Shown in pieces: positions 1-10,705 of a stretch of 32,000 bases of DNA. How positions within the stretch are numbered: the stretch's first letter is position 1; every line of letters starts with the position of its first letter. The notes below the pieces were generated by a model. The model saw nothing but the letters and a program-made list of their open reading frames with translations, was not told where the DNA came from and did not search any database. A program made the translations under genes and the position numbers. Origin of the DNA: Promethearchaeum syntrophicum (lineage in GTDB: Archaea > Asgardarchaeota > Lokiarchaeia > Sigyniarchaeales > Promethearchaeaceae); contig NZ_CP042905.2 of NCBI RefSeq assembly GCF_008000775.2, positions 1,980,001 to 2,012,000 of the forward strand, in the 5' to 3' direction.

Positions 1-1512
1 CCAAATTCAGGTAGATTTTCTATTGGTAGTAAAAGCCCACTTACAAGAGGTATAAAAGAAGCTAATGTTGGGGGACTTGCTCCCACGCTTTTATGTAAGA
101 CTGGCATAAAAGCAATTATTTTTGAGGGAAAAGCATCCAATTGGCAGTTATTGAAAATCGAAGATGAGAAAATCGAATTAATTAATGCCGACCCTTATAT
201 TGGAATGAATAATTATGAATTAGATTTAGAACTTTCTAAGCGATATGAAGGCAAAATTGGTGTTTTTAGTATCGGAATTGCAGGAGAGAAGCAATTAAAA
301 GCTGCTTCAATTGCTTCCATGGATCTTGAAGGATATCCTTCACGTCATGCAGGAAGAGGAGGTTTAGGGGCTGTAATGGGATCAAAAAAGTTGAAAGCGG
401 TAGTCATAATTCAACCGAAAAAAAACCAAATTAGTTATCATGATAAAAAATCTTTCCAACAAGTTGCATTAAAATGGGGAAAACACCTTCAAGAAACTAA
501 AAAAGGATTCTCCAAATTTGGAACGTTAATGGGATTAATGACGATGGATAGTGTACATGGTCTACCAACTCAGAATTTCCGAAGCGGCTCTTTTAAAGAT
601 GCAGAAAAAATCTCAGGGGAAGCTTTACACGAATATCTATTGCAAAATAATGGAAAATTTAGTGTTTCTTGTAGCCCGGGATGCATGATTCGGTGTTCTA
701 ATATCGTTTTTGATAAGAAAGGAAACCATATCACATCTAGTTTAGAGTATGAAACTGTTGCACTAAATGGTTCAAATTTACTAATTAATGATATCGAAAA
801 ACTTGCAATTATTGATCATATTTGCGATGATTTAGGTTTGGATACAATTGAAGTTGGAAACACATTAGCCGTTTTTATGGAGACCGGAATTATTAAATGG
901 GGTGATGCAGATGGTTGTATTGCTTTACTTAAACAAATAAACAACGAGGATAAAAATGCTTTACTTCTTGGAGATGGTGCTGTTGCAGCAGGATCCGCAT
1001 TTAATGTTACACGTGTTGCACAAGTTAAAGGTCAAGGGCTACCTGGGTATGATCCTCGTACATTTAAAGGAATGGGAGTTACTTTTTTAACAAGTCCAAT
1101 GGGGGCAGATCATACAGCGGGAGCTGCAATTGTCAGTCGAACTCCTGATTCGGACCTTGATTACGGAAAGCTTCATACTCCTAAAAATAAGGTAGAATTG
1201 TCAAAAAAATTGCAAATTTTTACGATGATTCTTGATTCTATGGGACAGTGCTATTTTATCGGACCCCATATTAAAAATATGCCAAAAATTGCTGAAATGC
1301 TAAATGCTCGATTTGGATGGAACTTAAGCACAGAAGATTTAATAGATATGGGAAAAAAATGGCTGGTTATTGAACGCGATTTCAATGTCAAGGCTGGTTT
1401 AGGTGCTACGGATAATTTCCCTGCGTTTATTCAAGAAGAAACTCTTCAAGATCTACCAAATAGATCATGGGACATTGAACCAAAAGAAATATTATCCTTT
1501 TGGGAAAAATAA
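1..1512 (+). CDS. aor: Aldehyde:ferredoxin oxidoreductase (tungsten-dependent AOR family), 5'-truncated by window edge
   Basis: Frame +1 is open from base 1 (PNSGRFSIGSKSPLTRGIKEANVGGLAPTLLCKTGIKAIIFEGKASNWQLL...) and continues into the 453-aa ORF, so the TTG at 151 is not the real start. Cys motif CSPGCMIRC plus C-terminal DSMGQCYFIG fits the AOR [4Fe-4S] ligands; EYETVALNGSNL and HTAGAAIVSR are also AOR-like. Confidence 0.92.
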   Translation, partial: PNSGRFSIGSKSPLTRGIKEANVGGLAPTLLCKTGIKAIIFEGKASNWQLLKIEDEKIELINADPYIGMNNYELDLELSKRYEGKIGVFSIGIAGEKQLKAASIASMDLEGYPSRHAGRGGLGAVMGSKKLKAVVIIQPKKNQISYHDKKSFQQVALKWGKHLQETKKGFSKFGTLMGLMTMDSVHGLPTQNFRSGSFKDAEKISGEALHEYLLQNNGKFSVSCSPGCMIRCSNIVFDKKGNHITSSLEYETVALNGSNLLINDIEKLAIIDHICDDLGLDTIEVGNTLAVFMETGIIKWGDADGCIALLKQINNEDKNALLLGDGAVAAGSAFNVTRVAQVKGQGLPGYDPRTFKGMGVTFLTSPMGADHTAGAAIVSRTPDSDLDYGKLHTPKNKVELSKKLQIFTMILDSMGQCYFIGPHIKNMPKIAEMLNARFGWNLSTEDLIDMGKKWLVIERDFNVKAGLGATDNFPAFIQEETLQDLPNRSWDIEPKEILSFWEK

Positions 1513-1566
1513 TCACACAATGTTTTTAGAGAAATATATTTAAGTATATCATCCGAAATATATTAT

Positions 1567-2310
1567 ATGGCCACAACCGTCTTTTTACAAGTCTATTTGA
1601 TATATGGTTTGATTTTTATAATGTTTTCTTACTTTGCGATTAAAGCGTTGATTAGAACACGCAATAGGATATCGATTACTTTGTCTCTTGTTTTCATAAT
1701 TCCTGCTTTGGGAATATTGACAAATATTTTATATAGAGCTATTGATACCTACCAGTTTAATTTAATTGGAAATAAAATCACAATCATTTTATCTTGTTTG
1801 GGATTAATAAATATTTATTTCTTCGTTGAACTCGTTAGCAAATCACAAGCTAGTTTTCCAATATGGAAGCAAATCTTAATATTTGTAATCTATGCTGTAT
1901 TATTATCCGTTTTATTCTTTATACCAAACGGAGTTGAGTTTGAATACAATGGTGTTCCGGGAATAGATGGATATAATAATCGGGATACCATTGATTTAGA
2001 TTTAGGGGTTCCCGTCTGGACTACAGCTTTCTTTTTGTATGGGTTAATCCTCTCTCAAATTGTAATTATTTGGTTGATAGTACTTGTAGTTCAACAATAC
2101 AAAGAATTTGGTAAAGAAAGTGTATATGGGAAAAAATATATTCGTACTGTGATCGGAATGATTCTTATGGATGCAGTCATTGTTGGCAGTTTTATATTTA
2201 ATTGGTTAAATATTCCTGTAGGTCGGACAATTAATTTAGTTGTGGGTATTTTTATATTTCCTGCTGCAATTTTACTTTATCTGGGTTTAAAACAGGAAAA
2301 AGAAGCATAG
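1567..2310 (+). CDS. Polytopic membrane protein (about 7 predicted TM segments), function unknown
   Basis: 247-aa ORF with repeated hydrophobic segments and clear ATG start. Confidence 0.7.
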   Translation: MATTVFLQVYLIYGLIFIMFSYFAIKALIRTRNRISITLSLVFIIPALGILTNILYRAIDTYQFNLIGNKITIILSCLGLINIYFFVELVSKSQASFPIWKQILIFVIYAVLLSVLFFIPNGVEFEYNGVPGIDGYNNRDTIDLDLGVPVWTTAFFLYGLILSQIVIIWLIVLVVQQYKEFGKESVYGKKYIRTVIGMILMDAVIVGSFIFNWLNIPVGRTINLVVGIFIFPAAILLYLGLKQEKEA

Positions 2311-2520
2311 AATTTTTTATTTTTATTCTTTTTTTTTTATTACTTTTGATGCATTCGTTTAGATTTTTTTTTGAAAGCAGTAGTTAAAAACATTAATAAT
2401 GATAATCTCATTTATTGGGATTTCCTTTATTGAGCAATTTTTCCATCTAAATGTAAAAGGCAAGAAAAAATCGAATCTAAAAATCAATTGAAAAATCTAA
2501 GTGGTCAGTTTTAACTACAA

Positions 2521-2531
2521 TTTATATATAG
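2521..2531 (+). promoter_or_regulatory. Candidate archaeal TATA box for the beta-helix gene
   Basis: TTTATATATA about 65-75 nt upstream of the ATG at 2595 in an A/T-rich leader. Confidence 0.4.
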
Positions 2532-2594
2532 AGAAATTTAAATATGTATAGCAAAAAAAATGGAAATATTCGATTATAGACTAAGTGAATAAAA

Positions 2595-4562
2595 ATGAAA
2601 ATAAAAATCAAATTCTTAACAATAATAATTGGTTTCTTGTTGGGATGCTCAACAATTCTCTCGAGCGTTAACCCAGTGTTTTTTTCTTCAATAATAAAGG
2701 GTGAATTTGAATTACAACCGAATTCTGCAGCACCAGTCTGGGACGAAATAGGGATCGTGATAAATTCCAACTTGGATTTTGTTTCCGAAGCTACAACTGG
2801 TGACGGTTCAGTAGGAAATCCTTGGAGAATTCATGGTAAATATATAAATGCATCAAACGGGGTTGGTATAAACATTACACATACAACTGATTATTTCGTG
2901 GTGGAAGATAGCGTTATTAAAAATGCTTCACATGGGATTTACATTAACAATGTGTCAAATGGGATATTAAAAAATATTACGATTTATAATTGTAGTGAGA
3001 CGGGAATCTTTTTAGATGGTCAATCAAACACTTTTTTTAATGGTGTTCATGAAATTGAGATAAGAGAAAATGTAATTCATGGTATTTCGGGGGCTTCAGA
3101 GAACTCGGGAAACGGAATCCGACTTGATTGGGAGTGTAAGAATAATTACATCTACAATAATACCATATACGATAATTTTGGTACTCAGAACGGAACCGGA
3201 AATGGTATTTACATTGTGGGGGATGCTTTAGATGGTGGTGGGTGTAACAATAACATCATCGAGAATAATTTGATATATGATAATACTGCAACTGTTGCAA
3301 GAAAGGCTGGTAACGGGGTTTTCTTCGATGGAGACTGTATAAATAATGAAATAAAAGGCAATACAATCTTCGGAAGCTCAAGTGTATCCGGTTTTTGGTC
3401 TGGGAATGGAATTTGCTTTTTACAACATTGCTCAGCTAATACTATCTCCAACAATACGATTTATGATAATGAAGGAGGGGTTGAGGGCATTCCATTACAA
3501 GATGGATATTCTGGTAATGGGATTTCAATTTTCTCCGATAACGACTATACAGATATAATTAATAATACAATTCACAGTAGTCATGGAGGAACAAGTAGTT
3601 ATCAAGGGAATGGTATTTATATTACTGACTCGACCAATTGTAATATCAAGGATAATATTATCTATGGAAATATGGCCGGAGATGGGACAGATTCAGGTAA
3701 CGGAATTATGACTCAATTCGCAACCAACCTCAATATTTCAAACAATTATATCTATGAAAATTATGGAAATGATAAATATTATACGGGTAACGGTATTCTT
3801 CTCTCTAGTTATTCTGATAATAGTTATATTGCAGAAAATATAATTCGGGATAGTATTGGTGGAACAAATCAAAGTGGCGGTAATGGGATAATTCTCACAA
3901 ACAGTAATGATAGTATAATTACGCAGAATAATATATCATATTGTACTGGAGATTTTTATATTGAATCAGGATCCGGGATTTTAATCCGAGTTGGTGATAA
4001 TATCAACATTAGTTATAATAAGATAGACTTTTGTTCGGGTTACGCGGTGGAACTTGGATTCTCAGAAAATTGTAATGTAAGTTATAATTCATTTTACGGG
4101 AATGGTGAATATCCTTGTATTTTGAGTTATGTGGATAACATCATTACTCCGAATTATTGCTTGTTTTTGGGCACAATATTGAATTATGTTGATACAGGTA
4201 ATTGGGATGGGATAGCTACTTTAAATTGGACTGGGCCATCATGGGCAGAGTTTTATTACGTCTTTAGGTCGACTTCAGAAATTACTACTGAGAATTATAT
4301 GAATTTAACCCCTATTGCAACTGTGACAACAACAACCTTCACGGATAACTTAACGGAAGAGGGCACATATTATTATGCGATACTGGCAGCAAATGCAACT
4401 TTAAATGGAACTATCTCCAATTGTATTGCAGGAGAAATCCTCATTGCAACCTCAGGAAATGAAATCCCGTTTTCCATCCTTCCGGGATTATTGATGGCGG
4501 TTGTATTTGTTGTGTTTAAAACCTATTGGCTGAAAAAAGTTAAAAAAGTTAATTGCTCCTAA
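2595..4562 (+). CDS. Secreted/surface-anchored parallel beta-helix repeat protein (NosD/PbH1-like)
   Basis: N-terminal signal peptide (MKIKIKFLTIIIGFLLGCSTIL). Many repeats of the type NGI.......N.I..N.IYDN. C-terminal hydrophobic stretch followed by KKVKKVNCS. Many N-x-S/T sequons. Confidence 0.85.
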   Translation: MKIKIKFLTIIIGFLLGCSTILSSVNPVFFSSIIKGEFELQPNSAAPVWDEIGIVINSNLDFVSEATTGDGSVGNPWRIHGKYINASNGVGINITHTTDYFVVEDSVIKNASHGIYINNVSNGILKNITIYNCSETGIFLDGQSNTFFNGVHEIEIRENVIHGISGASENSGNGIRLDWECKNNYIYNNTIYDNFGTQNGTGNGIYIVGDALDGGGCNNNIIENNLIYDNTATVARKAGNGVFFDGDCINNEIKGNTIFGSSSVSGFWSGNGICFLQHCSANTISNNTIYDNEGGVEGIPLQDGYSGNGISIFSDNDYTDIINNTIHSSHGGTSSYQGNGIYITDSTNCNIKDNIIYGNMAGDGTDSGNGIMTQFATNLNISNNYIYENYGNDKYYTGNGILLSSYSDNSYIAENIIRDSIGGTNQSGGNGIILTNSNDSIITQNNISYCTGDFYIESGSGILIRVGDNINISYNKIDFCSGYAVELGFSENCNVSYNSFYGNGEYPCILSYVDNIITPNYCLFLGTILNYVDTGNWDGIATLNWTGPSWAEFYYVFRSTSEITTENYMNLTPIATVTTTTFTDNLTEEGTYYYAILAANATLNGTISNCIAGEILIATSGNEIPFSILPGLLMAVVFVVFKTYWLKKVKKVNCS

Positions 4563-4643
4563 ACAAAATAGACCCACAGCAAAAATCTAACCATTTGGGC
4601 TTTTTTCCGATTCTATACTCCTTTAAAAAATTGAGAAAAAAAA

Positions 4644-7600
4644 TTAAATATCTGGCATCAAATTAAGGAGGGTGGCAATAACTTCTCCCATTTCAGTTAG
4701 GGAATTCCCTTCATTTATTAATTCCTTTGAAAGTAGCGAAGTTATAATTGGCACAACAATTGCAATTTTAGTATTTTTCTTAAGGTGTTTTTCGCTTAGT
4801 GGACCACTCTTATATAATTCTTTTAGAACTAATCTTTCACTATGGGTTAAAGGATCAATCATAGGTTTAAATTGTTCGATGAGATATTGTGTTCGAGGAT
4901 TCACCGCAAATAGAACTTGTTCTTGTCTTAATTTTTCAATCACATTAAAGGTATCTACTTCTTTCCTACCATAACCGGCCATTCTCACTATCATTTCTCG
5001 TAAACGGAATGCATTATTAAAAGATGATTCAGCTTCTTTTATAACTAGCGCAGTTGTAGATTTCTTTTTAACATTGCTTAAATGACTCTTAGCTTTTGAA
5101 GGGATTACATTATGTGGATAAAGCAAATATGCAAATAGAGTCTTTTCAATTAATTCCAAAATCGGCTCAGGACTGGGGATTTGTCCAGAGAAATGTTCTA
5201 CTGTGGACAAATATTTTGTCTCAAATTCGGCATTAAATTGTCTAATTTTGGAGCGTAAAGTAGGACTTGCTGATTTTAATAATAAAACAGCTGTTCTGAC
5301 ATAATATCCTTCAATTACAACAATTTTAAATTGCTGGTAGGATAATTCTTCAAGACCTGTTTTTTTATCACCTATCGCAGCAAATGCGTTCTGTTGAGAA
5401 TCTTCTACCCTATTTCCAATTTCTTTTCCAAAAGTTGATATTGCTGATAAAAATCCACTAATTAATGTTGAATCAATAGGCAATTCAGTGAAAGTTTGTG
5501 AAAATATGCTGGTGCTTGTTTCTTTATGCATAATTAATACATATTGCATATTTTCGATATCTCCAAATCTTCGATGGATATCCAGTAATGCTTTTCTTTG
5601 TCGATTTCGCTTAGGAACTACATAACCTCTATAAATCCCTGCAGAAAGAATTACTACTACCCCAATCCCAATTAAAATTGCTTGAATATTATCAATTATT
5701 AAAATTCCATAGTTTACCACTCTTACTTCATAGTCAATATCTGTATCAGAAGAACTTACACCCGCAAAAATCCCTGATGTCACGAAAACAATTTCTACAG
5801 TAAATTCACCAGTATCATCAAATTGAATTGTTTTTTCAGCAATTCCTTCCTGATTAGTCACCGCTGTATATTGTGATTGAATAATCGAATCACTATCCTT
5901 GACAATAAAAAGGATATTTTTCCCTTCAATACTTACATTGAAATCGTCAGTGAGTCTAACAGAAAAAGCAAATTCACCCGCAAATTTTTGCTGCAAATTA
6001 TTAGATAACATAATCAAGTGCGTAACCATTTGGGGTAAAATTGTAAAATTCATATAAATGACATCACCTGCAATTTTATCTGTCCCTGTGAATATAATTG
6101 TGATGTTTAGCCAAGTACCAGAATCTAAAGAAATTGTATACGGAACCAAAATACTAGCGTTTTCATCAAAGAATCCAGTATAAACTTCATTATCACTATC
6201 ATAATCATATATTACTTCAAATGGTAAACCATAAAAAGTCTCGTTAGTTGATGATGAAACGAAATTTGCAGATATATTCAACTGAATCTCTTGACCCATT
6301 GTAAGAGTATCTGCCAACTCGGTAACATTTAGAACTACATCCCATTTTGGTAACACATCAAAGGTTTTCTCCACACTTGCATACTCTACTGTAGATGTTC
6401 CGGCATAATCCATGAAAAATGTAATATTATCATGGCCATCTGCAATATTAGCTAAATAATAGCTTAACGAACCATTTTGATCTACTGCAATCTGCTGAAT
6501 AAATGTTGGATTAAGAAAATTTCCATCGTACCAAGAGATTAAAGTTAAATAAATCCCAGAATATTGTGTGACGTCTGTAATATTTATTGTTCCATCAATA
6601 GTTATATCATAACCAACTCGTTCTTCGGATGTGTAAATTAAAGATAATGAAACAGGGATTTTTCCCAATATTGTTTTTATTGTGGAATTTAAGGAACCCT
6701 TAACAGTACTATTTCCATAGTAAGTTACGTTTATTTCGATCGAGTCATCTGCGTAATTATAGGGGACGATTTGTGAAAAAGTCGCTATTCCATTTGAATC
6801 TGTTGTTTCTACAATATTGAAAATATCTGTACTTGCATAGGTTATGGTGATAAAAAGATCTGAATCAGGAATTGATGAACCATTAATCATCATTAAATTG
6901 AATTGAATATCTAATGATGAACCTATCCGAATATTCTCAGGCACATTTAAATAGATTTTGGTTGAATTCTTGGAAAATATTTCTAATCCAATTTGAATCC
7001 ACGAAGCATTTGCACAATTATATTTTGAAGCGTTGACCATAAAATCATAAATACCCGGTAGAACATATTCAGTTTCAGTTTCTAAAACGATCTCTGTATG
7101 ATAAACTCCTGAAAAGATGAATGAAAAATTCCCAGATAATGCAATTGAACTATTACTTGCATATATTAATGCCCAAGTTAGATTCGCATCATTTAACGGT
7201 AAAGGGTTAGATTGATCGAGAACATTTCGATAATTCGCATAAAATTCAAAATTTCCTCCTTCATATAACTCCACACTAATACTTGTTGCATCAATATCAG
7301 TCAGAATTGGAAGAATTTCCGTTGATATTTCAATGTAAGTTGAATCATAACCATCAACTGAAGCAGATATAGTAAGGGTATAATTGTATTGTCCAGAATC
7401 CGTAGCATTTAATCCAGTTGCGTCTATGGTGATATTATAGAGACCTTTATCTACAATATTTTGTGTTTCTCGATATACTTCAATGCCATAAAAAACATTT
7501 TCGCTTCCATTGAATTTACCTGATATTATTGCATTTTCCAGTGGGAATTGGTTTGTATGATTTGTTATATTAACCTGAATAATTGAACGCGAAGCATCAT

Positions 7601-10505
7601 TTACATAAGGTATGTTATACGAATCCATATAAGCAGAAAAAATGCTTGTATTTGTTGCCCCGTAAGTAATATTTAAATTAATAGGATATCCAGTCAAGTT
7701 TATCCATGAATTCAACCTTTGATAATCGAAGAACGGTTTTCTTATCATTATATACACTTCATAATCATCAACAGGGACGGAACGCGTTTTAAAGCTAAGA
7801 GTATAATTACCTTCTGCATTTAAAGAGGGGTCTTCATAAACTCTATCAATTAAATATACATAAGGTGGCCAATCAGTCCCCCATGTATTATTTGTTGCAT
7901 TATTATAAATTCTAACATAATTTTCAGCAAAAGATAAAGGTGTGCCATCAGATTGTGAAAAACTAAAATAAAATTCACCCAGATCTCCCGAATTAATTAT
8001 ACCTGGTTCGCTTTTTAATGTAGCAATAGAAGTCCGCCACATTTCAAAATATGTCGTTCTAACACCAATTCGTAATGTTTGAGATGTGCTAGCGTTTGTA
8101 TCATTCCACATTCCAATTATTTGATAATTACCAACACCCATTGAGTCATTTACTATCCATGGGGTAGTTAAATTATCCGATTCGGATGGAAAATATTTTG
8201 GAAAATTATTTAACCATGCACCTGAAGCATTTCTAATACTTATATTATAATGTCCTTCATCGGGGCTAGTTTGGTTTGCGATGATGTTTGTGTTATTAAG
8301 ATTATAGAATCTAGGGGATATTCCAGACAGATGTTCAATTTTCAAATTACTTAAATAATTTGGAGAGGTAAAAGATGCTATCCAAGTTCCATTAATATAT
8401 GATCCTTCATCTTGGGGGCTCTCTGCCGTTGCATCAGCAATAGTAAGATTTTGATAATGTCCAGAATTTGCTGTTCCGTTTGTACGGATCCCTTGAGCAT
8501 AATTTGGATTACGCCTTCCTAATGGGTCCCATCCACCAGTCCAATTCCAATCTACTGAATTTTTTCCTAAATTATCCCAAGCTGGAAGATCATTTATTGT
8601 AAAATTATATCCAATGGGATTATAATTTTCTAGTAAAAAAATATCAATTAACAATTGATCAAAGGTAATTGAATTGTTGAAGGTTACATTCCATTGAATT
8701 CTGTAGATAGGCTCGTCATCAATATCATTAACAAAGTAACTTGCTTCTGCCTTATTCTCATTCAATTTGTTTATATACATTAAACTCTCAAATTCTAGTG
8801 TTGATCCGTTATAATCTGGATTGGTAACTTGAAATGCTAATATAAACTCATTTTTAATATCATCATACGGATCTTTTGTAGTTATTTCAAATTCCGTTTG
8901 AGAATTCCAATCGGTTCCATTATATCGCTGAAATCCTGCGGTTGCTAAATTATCCACTTTATAAATGGGTTTTAATGAAATATTGTCAAACATTACAAGA
9001 AAATCATCTTTATAAGTTTTAAATGGGTTTAAATTAATTATCCCAATTGCAGAACTAATCGTATCGTTTGAATTTAGAATATTTTTAAAACGGGAAGTCA
9101 AATTATATTGGAAGTTAACTGTTTGTTCCACAGATCCAGATGTAAAATCATCATTTAACCAACTTAGGGGGTAGAAAATTTCTTCACTTGTCCCTGAGTC
9201 TCCAAGAAATGCAAATAACAACCAATAATTCAAATCCGTGGATGTTTTGAAATCTTTTACAGAACATTCAAAACTTAATTCTCCGATTTTATACTGATCT
9301 TCTTCAACTGCCCTGATAGCTATTAAATCAAAAATAACCCTAACCTCGTCATCAGTTTCGTCAATATTTTCCATCCAAATCCCAAAATTTAGGGAATGAT
9401 CAACCAAATTTGAATTTATTATATCAGTTATATCAAAAATCCGATATATAAAATCATGTGTTCCAATTTTAGAAGTTTCATTATCATATTCAATAGTTGT
9501 GGCTGAGGCATTACTGTTTGGGACTCCATTGGTATCTACTCTACCATCAACATAGTTTCCATCAACCTGACAAATCACTGCGAAATTATCACCTTCTTCA
9601 TATCCAAGGTTTTCTACTCTCCACCCCACAATTAACTCTACTTTTTTTGGTAAAAATGAAGTTTCCCACCCAAAATTTGTTTCCCATGCAATAGAGGGAT
9701 TTCCTAAAGTGTATTGGCTAGTTCCTGCTTTAATATAAGCACCTAAATTACCAACATTCCATTGAAGATCAACAGTAGCGGTCTCGGTTACACCTCCATA
9801 AGGGTTGTCGTAATTTTTTCCCCATTCCGGATCTTCATTGAATTCTTCCCATATTGGATGTTGTGTATCCCCATTATAGATAAAGTCGGTTTCCCATATA
9901 GAATGATCATCGCTAGGTTTTGATATTTCTTGAGTCCATTCTGAATATGCTTGATAGGGAACTAGAGGATTTTCAGGTTCCCCAATACCCTCAATAACTA
10001 ATTTTTCATTGGAGATATAATTGTTAAAACCAAAACTAGAATCACTATCTTTTGGATAATTTGTAACTGCAGTCCATGGGTCTCCGATAGTAATATTGTT
10101 ATCATTTAATAATTCATGAGATTTATATAAGGCTGAGATATTAAGATGCTCTTGTTCAAAAATCCATCCTTCTGGAACTTCAAGAGTCATATTTTCATTA
10201 TCAATATCTAGAATTGATTTTTGACCATGTTGCTGATCAATGAATGGTGCTTGACTAATAATCGATTCTGAAACATTAAATTGAGAAACATTATTACCAA
10301 TAATTGTAATTGGTTCAATAATTGGCGCAATTTCTTCCTGTGTTTGTGGTGAATATGTCAAATCTTGTTCCTCTGAAACCAAATCATTTTCGGAAATATT
10401 CTGAATATTTCCCATATTTGTATAAATGTTCAATGGCAAGAAACAAAATAGAAACATGAAAACGTTTAATATTTTCATGAATTGCTTTATCTTTTTATTT
10501 TTCAT
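4644..10505 (-). CDS. Giant single-pass surface receptor-like protein: signal peptide, lectin/Ig-like beta-rich ectodomain, TM helix, cytoplasmic longin-like domain and winged-helix-like C-terminus
   Basis: 1953-aa ORF. N-terminal hydrophobic signal. About 1.6 kaa of sequon-rich beta-type sequence. TM NIQAILIGIGVVVILSAGIYRGYVV followed by basic KRNRQRK. Cytoplasmic MQYVLIMHKETSTSIFSQTF..PIDSTLISGFLSAISTFGKEIG. Tail LTHSERLVLKELYKSGPLSEKHLKKNTKIAIVVPIITSLLSKELI. Confidence 0.8.
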   Translation of the reverse strand: MKNKKIKQFMKILNVFMFLFCFLPLNIYTNMGNIQNISENDLVSEEQDLTYSPQTQEEIAPIIEPITIIGNNVSQFNVSESIISQAPFIDQQHGQKSILDIDNENMTLEVPEGWIFEQEHLNISALYKSHELLNDNNITIGDPWTAVTNYPKDSDSSFGFNNYISNEKLVIEGIGEPENPLVPYQAYSEWTQEISKPSDDHSIWETDFIYNGDTQHPIWEEFNEDPEWGKNYDNPYGGVTETATVDLQWNVGNLGAYIKAGTSQYTLGNPSIAWETNFGWETSFLPKKVELIVGWRVENLGYEEGDNFAVICQVDGNYVDGRVDTNGVPNSNASATTIEYDNETSKIGTHDFIYRIFDITDIINSNLVDHSLNFGIWMENIDETDDEVRVIFDLIAIRAVEEDQYKIGELSFECSVKDFKTSTDLNYWLLFAFLGDSGTSEEIFYPLSWLNDDFTSGSVEQTVNFQYNLTSRFKNILNSNDTISSAIGIINLNPFKTYKDDFLVMFDNISLKPIYKVDNLATAGFQRYNGTDWNSQTEFEITTKDPYDDIKNEFILAFQVTNPDYNGSTLEFESLMYINKLNENKAEASYFVNDIDDEPIYRIQWNVTFNNSITFDQLLIDIFLLENYNPIGYNFTINDLPAWDNLGKNSVDWNWTGGWDPLGRRNPNYAQGIRTNGTANSGHYQNLTIADATAESPQDEGSYINGTWIASFTSPNYLSNLKIEHLSGISPRFYNLNNTNIIANQTSPDEGHYNISIRNASGAWLNNFPKYFPSESDNLTTPWIVNDSMGVGNYQIIGMWNDTNASTSQTLRIGVRTTYFEMWRTSIATLKSEPGIINSGDLGEFYFSFSQSDGTPLSFAENYVRIYNNATNNTWGTDWPPYVYLIDRVYEDPSLNAEGNYTLSFKTRSVPVDDYEVYIMIRKPFFDYQRLNSWINLTGYPINLNITYGATNTSIFSAYMDSYNIPYVNDASRSIIQVNITNHTNQFPLENAIISGKFNGSENVFYGIEVYRETQNIVDKGLYNITIDATGLNATDSGQYNYTLTISASVDGYDSTYIEISTEILPILTDIDATSISVELYEGGNFEFYANYRNVLDQSNPLPLNDANLTWALIYASNSSIALSGNFSFIFSGVYHTEIVLETETEYVLPGIYDFMVNASKYNCANASWIQIGLEIFSKNSTKIYLNVPENIRIGSSLDIQFNLMMINGSSIPDSDLFITITYASTDIFNIVETTDSNGIATFSQIVPYNYADDSIEINVTYYGNSTVKGSLNSTIKTILGKIPVSLSLIYTSEERVGYDITIDGTINITDVTQYSGIYLTLISWYDGNFLNPTFIQQIAVDQNGSLSYYLANIADGHDNITFFMDYAGTSTVEYASVEKTFDVLPKWDVVLNVTELADTLTMGQEIQLNISANFVSSSTNETFYGLPFEVIYDYDSDNEVYTGFFDENASILVPYTISLDSGTWLNITIIFTGTDKIAGDVIYMNFTILPQMVTHLIMLSNNLQQKFAGEFAFSVRLTDDFNVSIEGKNILFIVKDSDSIIQSQYTAVTNQEGIAEKTIQFDDTGEFTVEIVFVTSGIFAGVSSSDTDIDYEVRVVNYGILIIDNIQAILIGIGVVVILSAGIYRGYVVPKRNRQRKALLDIHRRFGDIENMQYVLIMHKETSTSIFSQTFTELPIDSTLISGFLSAISTFGKEIGNRVEDSQQNAFAAIGDKKTGLEELSYQQFKIVVIEGYYVRTAVLLLKSASPTLRSKIRQFNAEFETKYLSTVEHFSGQIPSPEPILELIEKTLFAYLLYPHNVIPSKAKSHLSNVKKKSTTALVIKEAESSFNNAFRLREMIVRMAGYGRKEVDTFNVIEKLRQEQVLFAVNPRTQYLIEQFKPMIDPLTHSERLVLKELYKSGPLSEKHLKKNTKIAIVVPIITSLLSKELINEGNSLTEMGEVIATLLNLMPDI

Positions 10506-10705
10506 AATGGATTAATCCCCTATATCTATATCAAGATGATTCAAACTACCCTCGTAAATTAAATAGCGAATCACTTTGTAATAATAAATTTCTATATTTC
10601 TTATTGAGAATTTAGTTCAATTAAATTTATACCTTAACGAAAAAAAAAGGAATACAAAATTAGAGTAAAGAAAAATTGAAAAACTGCAAAAAATTCATTT
10701 CCATA

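Noticed and set aside
2522-3454. Minus-strand ORFs of 82 aa (2522..2770) and 81 aa (3209..3454)
   Set aside because: Antisense shadows of the beta-helix gene; repeats in the sense gene create incidental open frames.
2595-4562. Repeated AATAAT/TATGATAAT-type words considered as a DNA repeat array
   Set aside because: They encode the N-I/Y-N turns of the beta-helix repeats and are explained by protein repeat structure; spacing is not CRISPR-like.
4672-4974. 100-aa + strand ORF
   Set aside because: Antisense to the 3' end of the well-supported 1953-aa gene; no motif and no independent support.
9497-9694. 65-aa + strand ORF inside the giant receptor gene
   Set aside because: Antisense, low-complexity, no recognisable features.
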